Source of the DNA: Kofleriaceae bacterium
GTDB lineage: Bacteria > Myxococcota_A > Polyangia > Haliangiales > Haliangiaceae
Assembly (NCBI GenBank): GCA_965215005.1
Contig: CBDCCZ010000001.1
Coordinates: 32,001 to 96,000, forward strand
DNA length: 64,000 bases
Direction of reading: 5' to 3'
In this document: one piece after another, positions 37,404-47,487 of the stretch
Position numbering within the stretch: the first letter of the stretch is position 1
Layout: every line of letters begins with the position of its first letter
Position numbers and translations under genes: made by a program
The notes under the pieces: model-generated
What the model was told of the DNA's origin: nothing
What the model saw: the letters and a program-made list of their open reading frames with translations, nothing else
Databases searched by the model: none

Positions 37404-39559
37404 GAGTTGGCTCTACTCGCAGAAGAGCTCGATGTCGATCTAGCCACTTCAACAGGTACGCCCGAGAAGCTGGCATTACCAGACAGACGATCAACGAATT
37501 CTTCGTCGGTAATATCGTTGAGGCTCACCCCGGCATGCGCGGCGGCGACCGAGAGACTCACGCCTTCGCGGTCGTGTCCCCAGCCGTGGGGCAAGCTCAC
37601 GACGCCTTGCATGACATCGTCCGTGAGCTCGGCAGCCACGTGCAGCTCACCGACGCGCGAGCGCACACTGACTGTGTCGCCTTCGCCAATGCCGCGCACG
37701 GCAGCATCCTCCGGATGCATGAGCAGCGTGCAGCGCGGCTTGCCCTTCATGAGTCGGCGGCTGTTGTGCATCCACGAGTTGTTGCTGCGCAGATCGCGGC
37801 GGCCGATGAGCCGCAGCGCGGGCTCGGCATCGGCGTGGGCGAGCCAGGAATCGAGCCGCTTGAGATCTTCGATGAAGGCCTCGGGAGCAAGCTCGATGCG
37901 GTTGTCGCGGGTGAATAGCCGCTCGGGCAAGCGCGGCTCGAGCGGGCCGAGGTCGATGCCGTGCGGCTGCTTGCGCAGCGTCGCCAGCGACAAACCGCGG
38001 CTCCTCCATGGCCCCACCCGCAGGCCGAGATCAATCATCGCGGCGGGGCCCAGTCGCTTACCCGCGGCCCGCAGTAGCGCCAACATCGGCCGCTCTAGCG
38101 TGTTGCCCATGCGGCTGGCCAGCTCGAGACAGATCTCCCAGTCGTGGCGCTCATCCGGCGCCCGGGTGCCGAGCTCATCGACCCATTTGGCGTGATTGCG
38201 CACGCTCACGAGATTGAACGCCAGGTCGTAGTGCGAGCGCTGCAGCGGCGACGTTGGCGGCAAGATGATGTTGGCGTGGCGCGTGGTCTCATTGCGATAC
38301 ATGTCGATGGAGACCATGAAGTCCAGGCCCGCCAACGCCGATTCGAGCCGCGCGCCGTTGGGAATCGACAGCACGGGATTGCCCGCGGAGGTGATCAACG
38401 CGCGGATTTGCCGCGGCCCCGGTTCCTCGATTTCGGCCGCTAGCGCCGCTACCGGCAACTCGCCACCGAACTCGGGCAGGTTGGCGGCGCGGCTGCGATA
38501 CCGGCCGAAGCTGCCGACGAAGCGACTACTTGCGGCCATGCCGATCAAGTCGATCGCTGGAGTCGTAAACATCGCTCCGCCCGGCTGATCGAAGTTGCCG
38601 GACACGATGTTGAGCACGTTGACGAGCCAGCCGCAGAGGCCGCCAAATTCCTGCGTGCTCACGCCAACGCGGCCGTAGCAGACCGCGCTGGGAGCCGTTG
38701 CGAAGTCTTTAGCAAGCTGGCGAATGATCTCGGCTTCGACACCCACCGCCGCGGCCACCGCATTGGGCGCATAGCGCGCGGCAATCGCTTCAATGTGCTC
38801 GAGGCCATCGGTGAACGCTGCGAGTCGCCCGAGTGCGACCAAGCCTTCGGCAAACAGCGTGTGCAAGATGGCGAGCAGCAGCAGCGCGTCGGTGCCCGGG
38901 CGGATGAAGAGGTGCTGGTCGGCAATGCGCGAGGTTTTGGTACGGCGCGGATCCACGACCACCAACCGGCCACCGCGGGCGCGCAATGCTTGCAAGCGCC
39001 GCTTGATGCCAGGAGCCGTCATGACGCTGCCGTTGGAGACCAAGGGATTGGCGCCGAGCATCAACAAAAATGAGGTGCGATCGACGTCGGGGACCGGCAA
39101 CAGGCCCTGGTGGCCAAACATGAGCAGGGAAGCGAGCATGTGCGGAAGCTGGTCCGCCGAGGTGGCCGAGTACATGTTGCGGGTTCCGAGCCGGCGAAGC
39201 AGTAGCTGCCCGAACGTGAGCAGCCCCAGCGAGTGCACCGTGGGATTGCCCTGATACACGCCGATACTGTCGCGGCCATGCTCGCGCTGGATGCGGCGCA
39301 ACGCGGCGGCGACCTCGTCAAATGCCTCGTCCCAACCAATGGCGGTCCAACCCGAAGCAGTGCGTCGCTGCGGTACGCGCAGGCGGTCGGGGTCTTCGTG
39401 TAGGTCTTTTAGAGCCGCTGCCTTTGGACAAATGTAGCCCTGGCTGAAGGGATCCTCTGCGTCGCCGCGAATGGACACGACGTGTTCGTCCCGCATTTCG
39501 ACCAGGATTCCACAGGTGGCTTCACAGAGAGGGCAGGTGCGTACATGCGTCGCGTGCAT
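37400..39559 (-). CDS. Mo/W-bisPGD (DMSO reductase family) oxidoreductase with N-terminal [4Fe-4S]
   Basis: CPLCEATC..CPK, GANPLVSN, VVDPRRT, NETTRHA, RSNNSW, MHPEDA, PHGWG. Confidence 0.92.
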   Translation of the reverse strand: MHATHVRTCPLCEATCGILVEMRDEHVVSIRGDAEDPFSQGYICPKAAALKDLHEDPDRLRVPQRRTASGWTAIGWDEAFDEVAAALRRIQREHGRDSIGVYQGNPTVHSLGLLTFGQLLLRRLGTRNMYSATSADQLPHMLASLLMFGHQGLLPVPDVDRTSFLLMLGANPLVSNGSVMTAPGIKRRLQALRARGGRLVVVDPRRTKTSRIADQHLFIRPGTDALLLLAILHTLFAEGLVALGRLAAFTDGLEHIEAIAARYAPNAVAAAVGVEAEIIRQLAKDFATAPSAVCYGRVGVSTQEFGGLCGWLVNVLNIVSGNFDQPGGAMFTTPAIDLIGMAASSRFVGSFGRYRSRAANLPEFGGELPVAALAAEIEEPGPRQIRALITSAGNPVLSIPNGARLESALAGLDFMVSIDMYRNETTRHANIILPPTSPLQRSHYDLAFNLVSVRNHAKWVDELGTRAPDERHDWEICLELASRMGNTLERPMLALLRAAGKRLGPAAMIDLGLRVGPWRSRGLSLATLRKQPHGIDLGPLEPRLPERLFTRDNRIELAPEAFIEDLKRLDSWLAHADAEPALRLIGRRDLRSNNSWMHNSRRLMKGKPRCTLLMHPEDAAVRGIGEGDTVSVRSRVGELHVAAELTDDVMQGVVSLPHGWGHDREGVSLSVAAAHAGVSLNDITDEEFVDRLSGNASFSGVPVEVARSTSSSSASRANS

Positions 39560-39566
39560 AGACCCG

Positions 39567-39574
39567 TTTATAAT
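39567..39574. promoter_or_regulatory. Overlapping bidirectional -10 boxes
   Basis: TTTATAAT reads TATAAT on + and TATAAA on -, between divergent starts 39559 and 39585. Confidence 0.55.
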
Positions 39575-39584
39575 GAGTATCGGG

Positions 39585-41447
39585 ATGGATGCGAGCGTGA
39601 CGATGGCAACGACGGCGGAGGACAGCTCTCTTTACGATTGGCCTAAGGAGCTGCTGGGGGGCCACAAGCCAGTAGAATGGCTGTGGAAGTTCGATCTCGA
39701 CGCGCCTGCCGACAAGCTCTGGCCGCTCATCACCGATTCGTCGCGATTCAATCGCGCTCTCGGCTTGCCGGTGATGGAAATCGAGGAGAAAGGCGGCCTC
39801 CTGCGCGGTGCGTCGGTCAATGGCGGGGTGCGGCTCGAGTGGACGGAGCTGCCCTGGGATTGGGTGGCCAATCGCTTCGTGAGCCTCACGCGCATCTATC
39901 ATCGCGGCTTTGTCCGCGCGCTGCGCCTGGTCTGCCGACTCGAAGATCGCGGCGCGGGAACCCGGGTATTGGTGTATTGGGGCTGGGTTCCGCGCAGCCT
40001 GGTGGGAGTGGCCCTGCTGCGCGTAGGAATGCCCAAGATCGAACGCGCGTATCGCCGCGTGCTCTCTCGCCTCGAACGCGACGTGCAGCGGGGCGAGGCG
40101 ACAGCCTTGCTACCGCGACATCGCCCAGAGCTAACGGCGCCAGAAGAAGCTCGGCTCGAGAAGATTGCCGAGTCGCTCTACCGACAGCCAATTTCTCGCG
40201 AGCTCGCCCAGCGGCTGGTCGAGCATATTCGCGGTGGGGATGAGCTCGAGCTCGAGCGGATTCGCGTCCAAGCGTTGGCGCGGCAGTGGGACGCCTCGCG
40301 CGAGGCGCTGCTTCGGGTGTGTTTGCACGCCACGCGGCTCGGTCTCCTCGAAATGAGCTGGGATGTCATTTGTCCGCATTGTCGAGGTGTCCGAGCGCAG
40401 GCGCCGCACCTAGGCGAGCTGCCGCCGCAAGGCATGTGCGACGTTTGTCGCATCGACTTCACCACCGACCGGCCAAGCGCTGTCGAGATAACGTTTCACG
40501 TGCACGCGTCGGTGCGGCAGATTCCCAAGCGGTTCTATTGCAGCGCCGAGCCGGCGACGAAGCGTCACATGCTTCTGCAACACGCGATAGCGCCTGGCGC
40601 CAAGGCTCAGCTCGCGACGCGACTCGAGCCGGGAACCTATCGAGCGCGGATGCGCGGGCAGCTCAGTAGCGGAGTGCTCGAGATCGACGCCTCTGTGCCC
40701 GAGACGCGGGTGTCGTGGCTGGCTTCACAGCGAGCACCCGCGCTACACGCCGGCATTGCGCCGGTGCTGGAGCTTCGCAACGACACCGCGCAAGAGCAGC
40801 TGTTCGTGGTCGAGAGAGTGAGCGAAGAGGAGGATGCTCTCCGGCCGGCGGCGCTGTTTGCTTTACAAGACTTTCATGATCTCTTCTCCGAAGAGTATCT
40901 ATCTACTGATGTGCAGCTACACGTTGGCGAACAAACGATTTTGTTCACTGATATCGTCGGATCGACCGTCTTTTACCGCCGTCGTGGCGATCCGGCGGCG
41001 TTCGTCGAGGTCAAAAAGCACTTCGCTCGCATCTTTGGTGCCGTGGCCGAGCATCACGGCGCGGTCATCAAAACCATCGGAGATGCGGCGATGGCTGCCT
41101 TCGCGGCTCCGCTCGATGCGGTACGTGCTGCGCACGCCATTGCCTGCAGCTTTGATGAGGAAGCCACGGTGCGGGTTCGAGTCTCCGTGCATACCGGCCC
41201 TTGCATCGCGGTGAACCTCAACACGCGTATCGACTACTTTGGCAGCACCGTCAATTTAGCTGCCAAGCTACAATCATGCGCCAACGCTGGCGACATTGCG
41301 CTGTCGGAGCGCGTGGTTGCCGCGGCCGGCGTGAGCGAGTTTCTGCGCGCGAACGACGCCATCATCGAACAGCGCAGCTACCGCTCGGAAGCCTTCGAAG
41401 ACGGCATCGACGTGAGCTGCTGGCGCACCGATGCAACGCGGTGCTGA
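39585..41447 (+). CDS. Class III adenylate cyclase with SRPBCC-like and DUF5939 domains
   Basis: WDVICPHC..CDVC, LFTDIVGST, IKTIGDA, DYFGSTVNLAAK; start uncertain (39573/39585/39603). Confidence 0.88.
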   Translation: MDASVTMATTAEDSSLYDWPKELLGGHKPVEWLWKFDLDAPADKLWPLITDSSRFNRALGLPVMEIEEKGGLLRGASVNGGVRLEWTELPWDWVANRFVSLTRIYHRGFVRALRLVCRLEDRGAGTRVLVYWGWVPRSLVGVALLRVGMPKIERAYRRVLSRLERDVQRGEATALLPRHRPELTAPEEARLEKIAESLYRQPISRELAQRLVEHIRGGDELELERIRVQALARQWDASREALLRVCLHATRLGLLEMSWDVICPHCRGVRAQAPHLGELPPQGMCDVCRIDFTTDRPSAVEITFHVHASVRQIPKRFYCSAEPATKRHMLLQHAIAPGAKAQLATRLEPGTYRARMRGQLSSGVLEIDASVPETRVSWLASQRAPALHAGIAPVLELRNDTAQEQLFVVERVSEEEDALRPAALFALQDFHDLFSEEYLSTDVQLHVGEQTILFTDIVGSTVFYRRRGDPAAFVEVKKHFARIFGAVAEHHGAVIKTIGDAAMAAFAAPLDAVRAAHAIACSFDEEATVRVRVSVHTGPCIAVNLNTRIDYFGSTVNLAAKLQSCANAGDIALSERVVAAAGVSEFLRANDAIIEQRSYRSEAFEDGIDVSCWRTDATRC

Positions 41448-41483
41448 AGGCTTCTTCACAAAGCTCGCGTACGGCGGCAGGCT

Positions 41484-42140
41484 TCAAAGAGTCGCTGCCC
41501 ATGCGGCGAGGGCGTCGGCGATCTCGTCGCGCGCCTGCGAGAGAGTGCGTCCAGAGCGCTTGCGCACCGCAAAGCTGTGATCGCCATCGTCGATGACGTG
41601 CAGCGTGGCGCGGCTGAGCTGAGCGCAGACGCCGCGGATCAGCGGCAGCTCCGCCAACGCGTCGCGAGTGCCCTGCAACATCAGCATGGGCACCCCGACC
41701 GCGGCTAGGTGGTCGGCACGCGCGACGCTCGGCTTGCGCGCTGGGTGCAGTGGAAAGCCCAGAAACGCCATTCCACGAACCTCGGCCATCGGCTCAATTG
41801 CGAGCAGTTGCGAGGTCATGCGACCGCCCATGGACTTTCCGCCGGCGATGATCGGCAGGCCGACTCGTGTAGCGGCGGTGAGGGCTGCGCGCACGGTCGC
41901 ATGAAGGAGCGGCGGTCGGCTGGGGAGCCGCGCGCCGGCTTCCATGTAAGGAAATTGATAACGCAGGGTCGCGATTTGCCGCTTCGCCAGGCGCGCGCTC
42001 AACTCTTCGAGAAACTCGTGTCGCATTCCTGCGCCGGCACCGTGCGCGAGCACGTAGAGCCAACGCGCGTCAGCTGGCAGGTTCCAGCACGTCGACACCT
42101 GGCCGGCATCGCCGAGGTCGAGGCGCGGCGGTGGTTGCAC
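41484..42140 (-). CDS. Alpha/beta hydrolase (KANL3/Tex30-like family)
   Basis: LAHGAGAGM, GGKSMGG, GFPLHP, QGTRD, DHSF. Confidence 0.9.
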   Translation of the reverse strand: MQPPPRLDLGDAGQVSTCWNLPADARWLYVLAHGAGAGMRHEFLEELSARLAKRQIATLRYQFPYMEAGARLPSRPPLLHATVRAALTAATRVGLPIIAGGKSMGGRMTSQLLAIEPMAEVRGMAFLGFPLHPARKPSVARADHLAAVGVPMLMLQGTRDALAELPLIRGVCAQLSRATLHVIDDGDHSFAVRKRSGRTLSQARDEIADALAAWAATL

Positions 42141-42254
42141 GCCGGCAACCTACCATTGGTGCTGCGCGACTCCGGATGCTGCGCGCCGAACTGCGGATGG
42201 GCGCCGTATAGCGACGCACCTTGACAGCTCGATGCGTCGTGGGGAAAGTGACGC

Positions 42255-43115
42255 GTGGCGCCGACGCAGAGCACGCCCGAGGCGACATGGACCGCTTGCT
42301 CGACGCGCGATGCATCCGAGCTGGTCGGCCTGCCCGAGTCGGCGATACGCAGCTGCGTACGCGCTGGATTCCTTGAGATCGAGCCGAGCAGATTTCCGCT
42401 GCGCTTCTCGTTTCGCGAGCTCAAGCTACTGCGAGCGGTGAGTGCATTGGTGAGCGAAGGTGTGTCGCTGTCGCGGGTGCGGCGGCAGCTCGCGGCACTC
42501 AAGCAGCGGTTGGGCAATGCGCCGTTGGCCGAGCTTACGCTGTCGAGTCATGCGGGGCAGGTCATCGTGCGCGAGCGCGAGCTCATTTGGCGCGCCGACA
42601 GCGGCCAGCTCATTTTCGACTTCGTGCTAACGACCCCACCGGGGGTTTTGACGGCCCTGCCGGTGCGTCGTGAGGCAGTGGCGCCGGAGCCCATTGCGCT
42701 GCGCAGCGCTGATGAGTGGCTCGATCAGGCGAGCATGCTCGAAGAGGTCGATGTAACCGCCGCTGTGGCCGCCTATGGTCGTGCTCTAAAGCTGCGACCC
42801 GACTGCAGCGAAGGGTGGATCAACATGGGCCGGCTCCTCGCCGAGAGTGGCGAGAGCGAGCGTGCCACGCACTGCTTCGAGCGCGCGCTCGAGCTCAATC
42901 CGCGCGACGCGACGGCGCTCTACAATCTCGGTGTGGTGGCGCAAGACTCGAGCTGCGATGAGCGCGCCATCGAGCTCTATCGACGCGCTCTAGAGCTCGA
43001 GCCAACGTTGGCCGAGGCGCACTACAACCTGGCAACGCTGTTCGACCGCGGCGGCGATGCGCGCGCCGCCATTCGTCATATCAACGAATATCGCAAGCTC
43101 ACGCGCACTCGCTGA
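42255..43115 (+). CDS. MerR-like HTH plus TPR protein
   Basis: N-terminal [33 protein letters not shown]-terminal TPRs (ALYNLG, EAHYNLA). Confidence 0.82.
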   Translation: MAPTQSTPEATWTACSTRDASELVGLPESAIRSCVRAGFLEIEPSRFPLRFSFRELKLLRAVSALVSEGVSLSRVRRQLAALKQRLGNAPLAELTLSSHAGQVIVRERELIWRADSGQLIFDFVLTTPPGVLTALPVRREAVAPEPIALRSADEWLDQASMLEEVDVTAAVAAYGRALKLRPDCSEGWINMGRLLAESGESERATHCFERALELNPRDATALYNLGVVAQDSSCDERAIELYRRALELEPTLAEAHYNLATLFDRGGDARAAIRHINEYRKLTRTR

Positions 43116-43235
43116 TGCGGCTCGCAAGCGGTTCTCGCCTTGGCTCAATGCTGGAGCCGGTCGCGTCACGACCGCCGCGGCCCGATTGAGTTTCATCCTT
43201 GACAGGCGCGGCGATGCGCGCGAAACCAAAGGCAC

Positions 43236-44201
43236 GTGCGGGGGGCACTCGTCATCATCGTCGCGGTCGCTGCGTGCTCGGGCGAGATCAGCGCAACGCT
43301 CGCGATCGATGCTGCAGACGCAGGTGTAGGTGGCGCCGTGATTCTTCGCGCGCCGGCCGACGGTGCGACGCTATTCCTCGATACTCTCGATGACGTCGGC
43401 AGCTTGGCCGCAGCCATCGACGTGGAGGTCGCAGCCAGCGGCGTGGACGAGCTGGCGATACTGGTCGATGGGCAGCTGCGCGTTGGCGAGCGAGTACTGC
43501 TGGCCGAAGGCCAGCACACCATTACCGTGGTTGGCCGCGATGTGGCAGGGGCGGTGGTTGGTATGGATACCGCTTCGGTCACGGTGACGGCGCCGGCGCT
43601 CGAACGTTGTCAGGATTGGCTTTCGCTCTATCAGCTGGATTTTTCGCCGGGGCCGGCTCGTGCGGGCGTCGCCGATCCAGTGACGGTGCGCGCGCCCATC
43701 AACGGGGTTCGCTATCGCTACTTGGCGGCGGAGACTCCACGCGAGTCGTTGTTCATGAGCTGCGAGTTGGCGCTGTCGCTAGCGCGGGCGGCTCCGCTTC
43801 TGCGCGCGCGGGACCTCGTCGAGGTGGTCGATCTGGGGATTTATAATTATCGCTGCATCGGTGGCGGCACTCCGCCCGACTGCCCGCGTGGAATGTCGCA
43901 GCATGCGTTGGCCAACGCTATCGACATCGCTGGCGTGGTAGACGCGGCGGGGCAATCTCATTCGGTGCTCGAGGACTGGCAGATCGATACCGAAGGCACC
44001 TGCGTCGCGGCGACCGAACCGGGTAGCGACACGCTGCTGCACGAGCTGATTTGCGCGCTGAAGGCGGCTGGGGTGTGGAACATCGTGCTCACGCCCAACT
44101 ACAACGCCGACCATCGCGATCATTTTCACGTCGACTTGACGGAAGATGGCGACTTCTTGCGCCATCGCCGCCCCGTCGACCACGGCCCCGACCACCACTG
44201 A
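43236..44201 (+). CDS. Lipoprotein with extensin-like C-terminal domain
   Basis: Lipobox VAVAAC; YNYRC, SQHALANAIDI, TPNYNADHRDHFHVD. Confidence 0.82.
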   Translation: MRGALVIIVAVAACSGEISATLAIDAADAGVGGAVILRAPADGATLFLDTLDDVGSLAAAIDVEVAASGVDELAILVDGQLRVGERVLLAEGQHTITVVGRDVAGAVVGMDTASVTVTAPALERCQDWLSLYQLDFSPGPARAGVADPVTVRAPINGVRYRYLAAETPRESLFMSCELALSLARAAPLLRARDLVEVVDLGIYNYRCIGGGTPPDCPRGMSQHALANAIDIAGVVDAAGQSHSVLEDWQIDTEGTCVAATEPGSDTLLHELICALKAAGVWNIVLTPNYNADHRDHFHVDLTEDGDFLRHRRPVDHGPDHH

Positions 44202-45550
44202 TCGCGAACGGCAACGGCGATTTGCTCACGACGTCGCGCTGCCCATAAAAAGGCAGCGGCGCTCAAGGGAGCCAGGAGCGCGGCGGCAACGCCAATGGTG
44301 TCGAGCGCGCCGTTGGTGCGGGTAGCGTTCCACGTGAGCAGCTGCAAGCAACCGACGCTGAAGTCGGTGGCGGCGCCGCCGGCTAGCGCCATGGCAAGCC
44401 AACGACGCCATCGGCGTGAGAGAGCGAGCAAACCGCCGAGCAGCACGACATCGACCGCCACCCACAGTAGCCGCACCGTCTCGGAAGGGAACCAGGCGCC
44501 GTCTACGACCACGAGAAGGGCCGTCCACGGCACCAGCAGCAACGCGAGCACGAGCGTCACCAGGGGGGCGCGATGCAGCGCCGTGGCGAGGCCGAAGCGC
44601 AGGAAGCTGCCCCGCGCGAACGCCCGCAAGCTGTCGATCACCGCTCGAACACCCCGCTCGCGCGCGGGATACGCTAAGTACACCGGTTGCCACGCGATCG
44701 GCTGGAGCTTGGCTTTAAACCGCCACAGCCCCTCAAAGTCATAGAGCCAGCGGGTGTGCTCGGCGATCCAACGCAACGCCCGGTGCGGCGTGTTCGCCAG
44801 CGGCGCAAGTCCATAGGTGACATAGCGGCTGCCTTCGGCGGCCACTGCGCGCATCGCGTGGTCGAAGAGCAGCTCGATGGTTCCGTTGGGAGCCGATGGC
44901 GCGCGCAACACGTCTTCGAAGAACCAGCCGTGTGCGGCCAAAATCGGCGCGGCAGACAACAAACCAACCACTCGACCGTCATGCTCGGCAACGAACACAC
45001 GGCGAGCACCGGGCTGGTCAAAGGGCGACAGCTGCACGATGAAGCCCATAGGGGCCATTGCACGGCTCTGCAGCCAGGTGCGAATCATCGCGTCGATGCG
45101 TTGGCGGATAGCGCTTTGCGGATCGGCGCAGTCGGCGCTCGATACGCGATGAACGACAACGCCTTTTGCCCGCGCCCTACGAAGCTGCTCACGCAGGCTG
45201 CGCTTTGCCTGCAGAGCTTGCGACCACCGATGCGGATCCCACACCGGCTGCTCGCCGATGTGCAGGTGCCGAAGCGGCAGCGTCCCGAAGCAATCGGTTT
45301 CGGTGGCGAAGAAGCGCAGCCGGCGATGCGCCGCCGCTGCGGCCTCGGCAAGCTCGGCAAAAGCGTTTTGCAGGTGCTCCGGGGCGCAGATGGGCTCGCC
45401 TGCCACCACCCAGGCGCTGCCGGTGTCGAAGTAGCCGGCGCACGCGGTTTTATCGGCGGCGAGCCAGAAACTCAGACCCGGCTCGAGAATCTGAAACGAC
45501 GTGGTAGTGCGGCCGTGCTTCTCGAGAAGCGCGCGGATGGCGTCGGCCAT
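44126..45550 (-). CDS. DUF2156 / lysylphosphatidylglycerol synthase C-terminal-like aminoacyltransferase with C-terminal TM helices
   Basis: VAGEPI, IGEQPV, APMGF, EDVLRAPSAPNGTIE, GLAPL, YDFEGL.RFKAKL.P..W.PVYL. Confidence 0.82.
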   Translation of the reverse strand: MADAIRALLEKHGRTTTSFQILEPGLSFWLAADKTACAGYFDTGSAWVVAGEPICAPEHLQNAFAELAEAAAAAHRRLRFFATETDCFGTLPLRHLHIGEQPVWDPHRWSQALQAKRSLREQLRRARAKGVVVHRVSSADCADPQSAIRQRIDAMIRTWLQSRAMAPMGFIVQLSPFDQPGARRVFVAEHDGRVVGLLSAAPILAAHGWFFEDVLRAPSAPNGTIELLFDHAMRAVAAEGSRYVTYGLAPLANTPHRALRWIAEHTRWLYDFEGLWRFKAKLQPIAWQPVYLAYPARERGVRAVIDSLRAFARGSFLRFGLATALHRAPLVTLVLALLLVPWTALLVVVDGAWFPSETVRLLWVAVDVVLLGGLLALSRRWRRWLAMALAGGAATDFSVGCLQLLTWNATRTNGALDTIGVAAALLAPLSAAAFLWAARRREQIAVAVRDQWWSGPWSTGRRWRKKSPSSVKST

Positions 45551-45709
45551 GGGAACGTACAAAGCATAGCCGCCTCGGCGACGCAAGCGGGGGTTGCTGG
45601 GACGCTGCTGCGGAATCAATGGTGCGGTTGTCGGGCGCCCCGATGCGGGACGAGGGCAACCGAGAACCGCCCCTCGAGCTTCTCATCCAGCCGTTCCCAT
45701 CGCTTTCTG

Positions 45710-47398
45710 CTAGCGATTGCTGATGAGGGCGCGGTGGTGCTTCTCGGCATCGGACAAGAGCGCGAGCAGGTCGCCGCGCTCGTTGGAGGTGCCGGCCGCG
45801 GCGGTGGCAATAGCGCGTATGTCGCGCAAGCGCCACGAGGCGGCATATGGGGAGCCGCGCAGCACTTCGGCGGTTGCCATGACGGCGACGGCAAAGCGAA
45901 AGTCGGCCGAGGCGGCTGCGAACGATGGCGCGAGCTCTTCGGACGCGAAGGAATAGGTGTGCTCGCTAGCGCGCGTGCCGCGCGGCTCCTTGGCGCGCAC
46001 CCGAACCGTTGCCAGCGGCAAGCGCGGGTCTTTGATCACCAGCTCGTAGAGCGCGGTGACCGTGTGTCCTGCGCCGATCTCGCCCGCGTCCACGGCGTCG
46101 TTGCGAAAGTCATCATCGGCGAGGTCGCGGTTCTCGTAGCCGATGAGGCGATAGCTGCTCACTGCCGCTGGATTCATCTCGACTTGGAGCTTCACGTCTT
46201 TGGCAACGACCTGCAGAACCCCGCCCAGTTGCTCGCCGAGCACGCGCTTGGCCTCGCGGAGCGAGTCGATGTAGTAGTAGTTGCCGTTGCCGCGGTCGGC
46301 GAGCTGCTCCATCATCGAGTCGCGGTAGTTGCCGGTGCCGAACCCAATGGTCGACAGCGTGACACCTTCGGCAACTTTGGCGGCAATGGCGGCGAGGATC
46401 TGCTCATGGCTCGTGGCGCCCACGTTGGCGTCCCCGTCGGAAAACACGATGACGCGACTGGTGGAGTTTGGGGCCAGATTCTTGGCTGCTAGCGCATACG
46501 CGAGCTCCATGCCAGAGGCCATGGAAGTCGAGCCACCGGCAGAAAGATCGTCGATCGCGGCGAGAATGGCGCTTCTCTTGGCGATGCTGGTTGGCTCGAG
46601 GACCACCCGCGTGTTGCCAGCATAGGTGGCAAGCGCGACAGTATCGCCCTGCTGCAGATTGTCCACCACGATGCGCAAGGCGCTCTTGGCGAGCTCGAGC
46701 TTATCGGGCGATTCCATGGAGCCGGAGACATCGACGAGGAATACCAGGTGGGCGGGCTGCCGCTGGTTGGCAGAGAGTCGTTTGGCCGCAACGCCGATCC
46801 GAAGCAGATGCTTGCCATTGCTGAGCGGCGAAGGCGCGGCGTCGAGGTGCACGGCAAATGGTGCTTGGTCGCGCGGACCCGCGTAGTCGTAGCCGAAGTA
46901 GTTGATGAATTCTTCAACGCGCACGTCTGCGGGCGGGACCGCATGACCATCGTGAAGTCGTCGTCGAGTGAGCGTATAGGAGCCGGCATCGACATCAATC
47001 GCAAAGGTCGATAGGCGGTCGTCCCTGGTGGCGATGAAGGGATTGACGACAGCGGTGTCATCTTCGGGAATGCGGATTAAGGGGGTTGATGCCGCGATCT
47101 GACCCGCACGAGGTTTCGACCGCCGTGCCGCGAGCTCAGCGTGCGCTGTGACTGGTGCGACCGGAGCTGGTTGCATCTCCGCCCGATGCGCATCCTCGTC
47201 GGCGGACGCAATGCCGGTGCTGGGGGCGTCGTCGCTTCCAGCGGTGGCACCGCCGACGCTAGAGGCCTGGTCTTTTGCTGCGATATACGGGGTTGGCTCG
47301 GCGGTGTGCGTTGCGGAGTGGGATTCGGGCGGGCGGTTGCAGCCGCCAAAGAGGGCGCTGGCAACCGCGCCGAGATAGAGAGCCTGAGTAGAGCGCAT
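45710..47398 (-). CDS. YfbK-like vWA-domain lipoprotein (Ca-activated chloride channel homolog family)
   Basis: AGGAGG RBS; lipobox FGGC; STFAIDVDAGSY, RVEEFINYF, DVSGSM, SDGDANVG, YRLIGYENR. Confidence 0.92.
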   Translation of the reverse strand: MRSTQALYLGAVASALFGGCNRPPESHSATHTAEPTPYIAAKDQASSVGGATAGSDDAPSTGIASADEDAHRAEMQPAPVAPVTAHAELAARRSKPRAGQIAASTPLIRIPEDDTAVVNPFIATRDDRLSTFAIDVDAGSYTLTRRRLHDGHAVPPADVRVEEFINYFGYDYAGPRDQAPFAVHLDAAPSPLSNGKHLLRIGVAAKRLSANQRQPAHLVFLVDVSGSMESPDKLELAKSALRIVVDNLQQGDTVALATYAGNTRVVLEPTSIAKRSAILAAIDDLSAGGSTSMASGMELAYALAAKNLAPNSTSRVIVFSDGDANVGATSHEQILAAIAAKVAEGVTLSTIGFGTGNYRDSMMEQLADRGNGNYYYIDSLREAKRVLGEQLGGVLQVVAKDVKLQVEMNPAAVSSYRLIGYENRDLADDDFRNDAVDAGEIGAGHTVTALYELVIKDPRLPLATVRVRAKEPRGTRASEHTYSFASEELAPSFAAASADFRFAVAVMATAEVLRGSPYAASWRLRDIRAIATAAAGTSNERGDLLALLSDAEKHHRALISNR

Positions 47399-47487
47399 TG
47401 ATTCCTCCTGGATGGGTGGAGGGATCAACGAGCGGGATGCGCCCAGGGTCTGTAAAAAGTTGTCGCTTTCGGTGCTCGCGGCTTGCG

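Noticed and set aside
44687..46492. 601-aa + strand ORF and similar long antisense ORFs (e.g. 12644-13834, 31356-32375, 56493-57968)
   Set aside because: Shadow frames of well-supported opposite-strand genes in GC-rich DNA; no recognisable motifs
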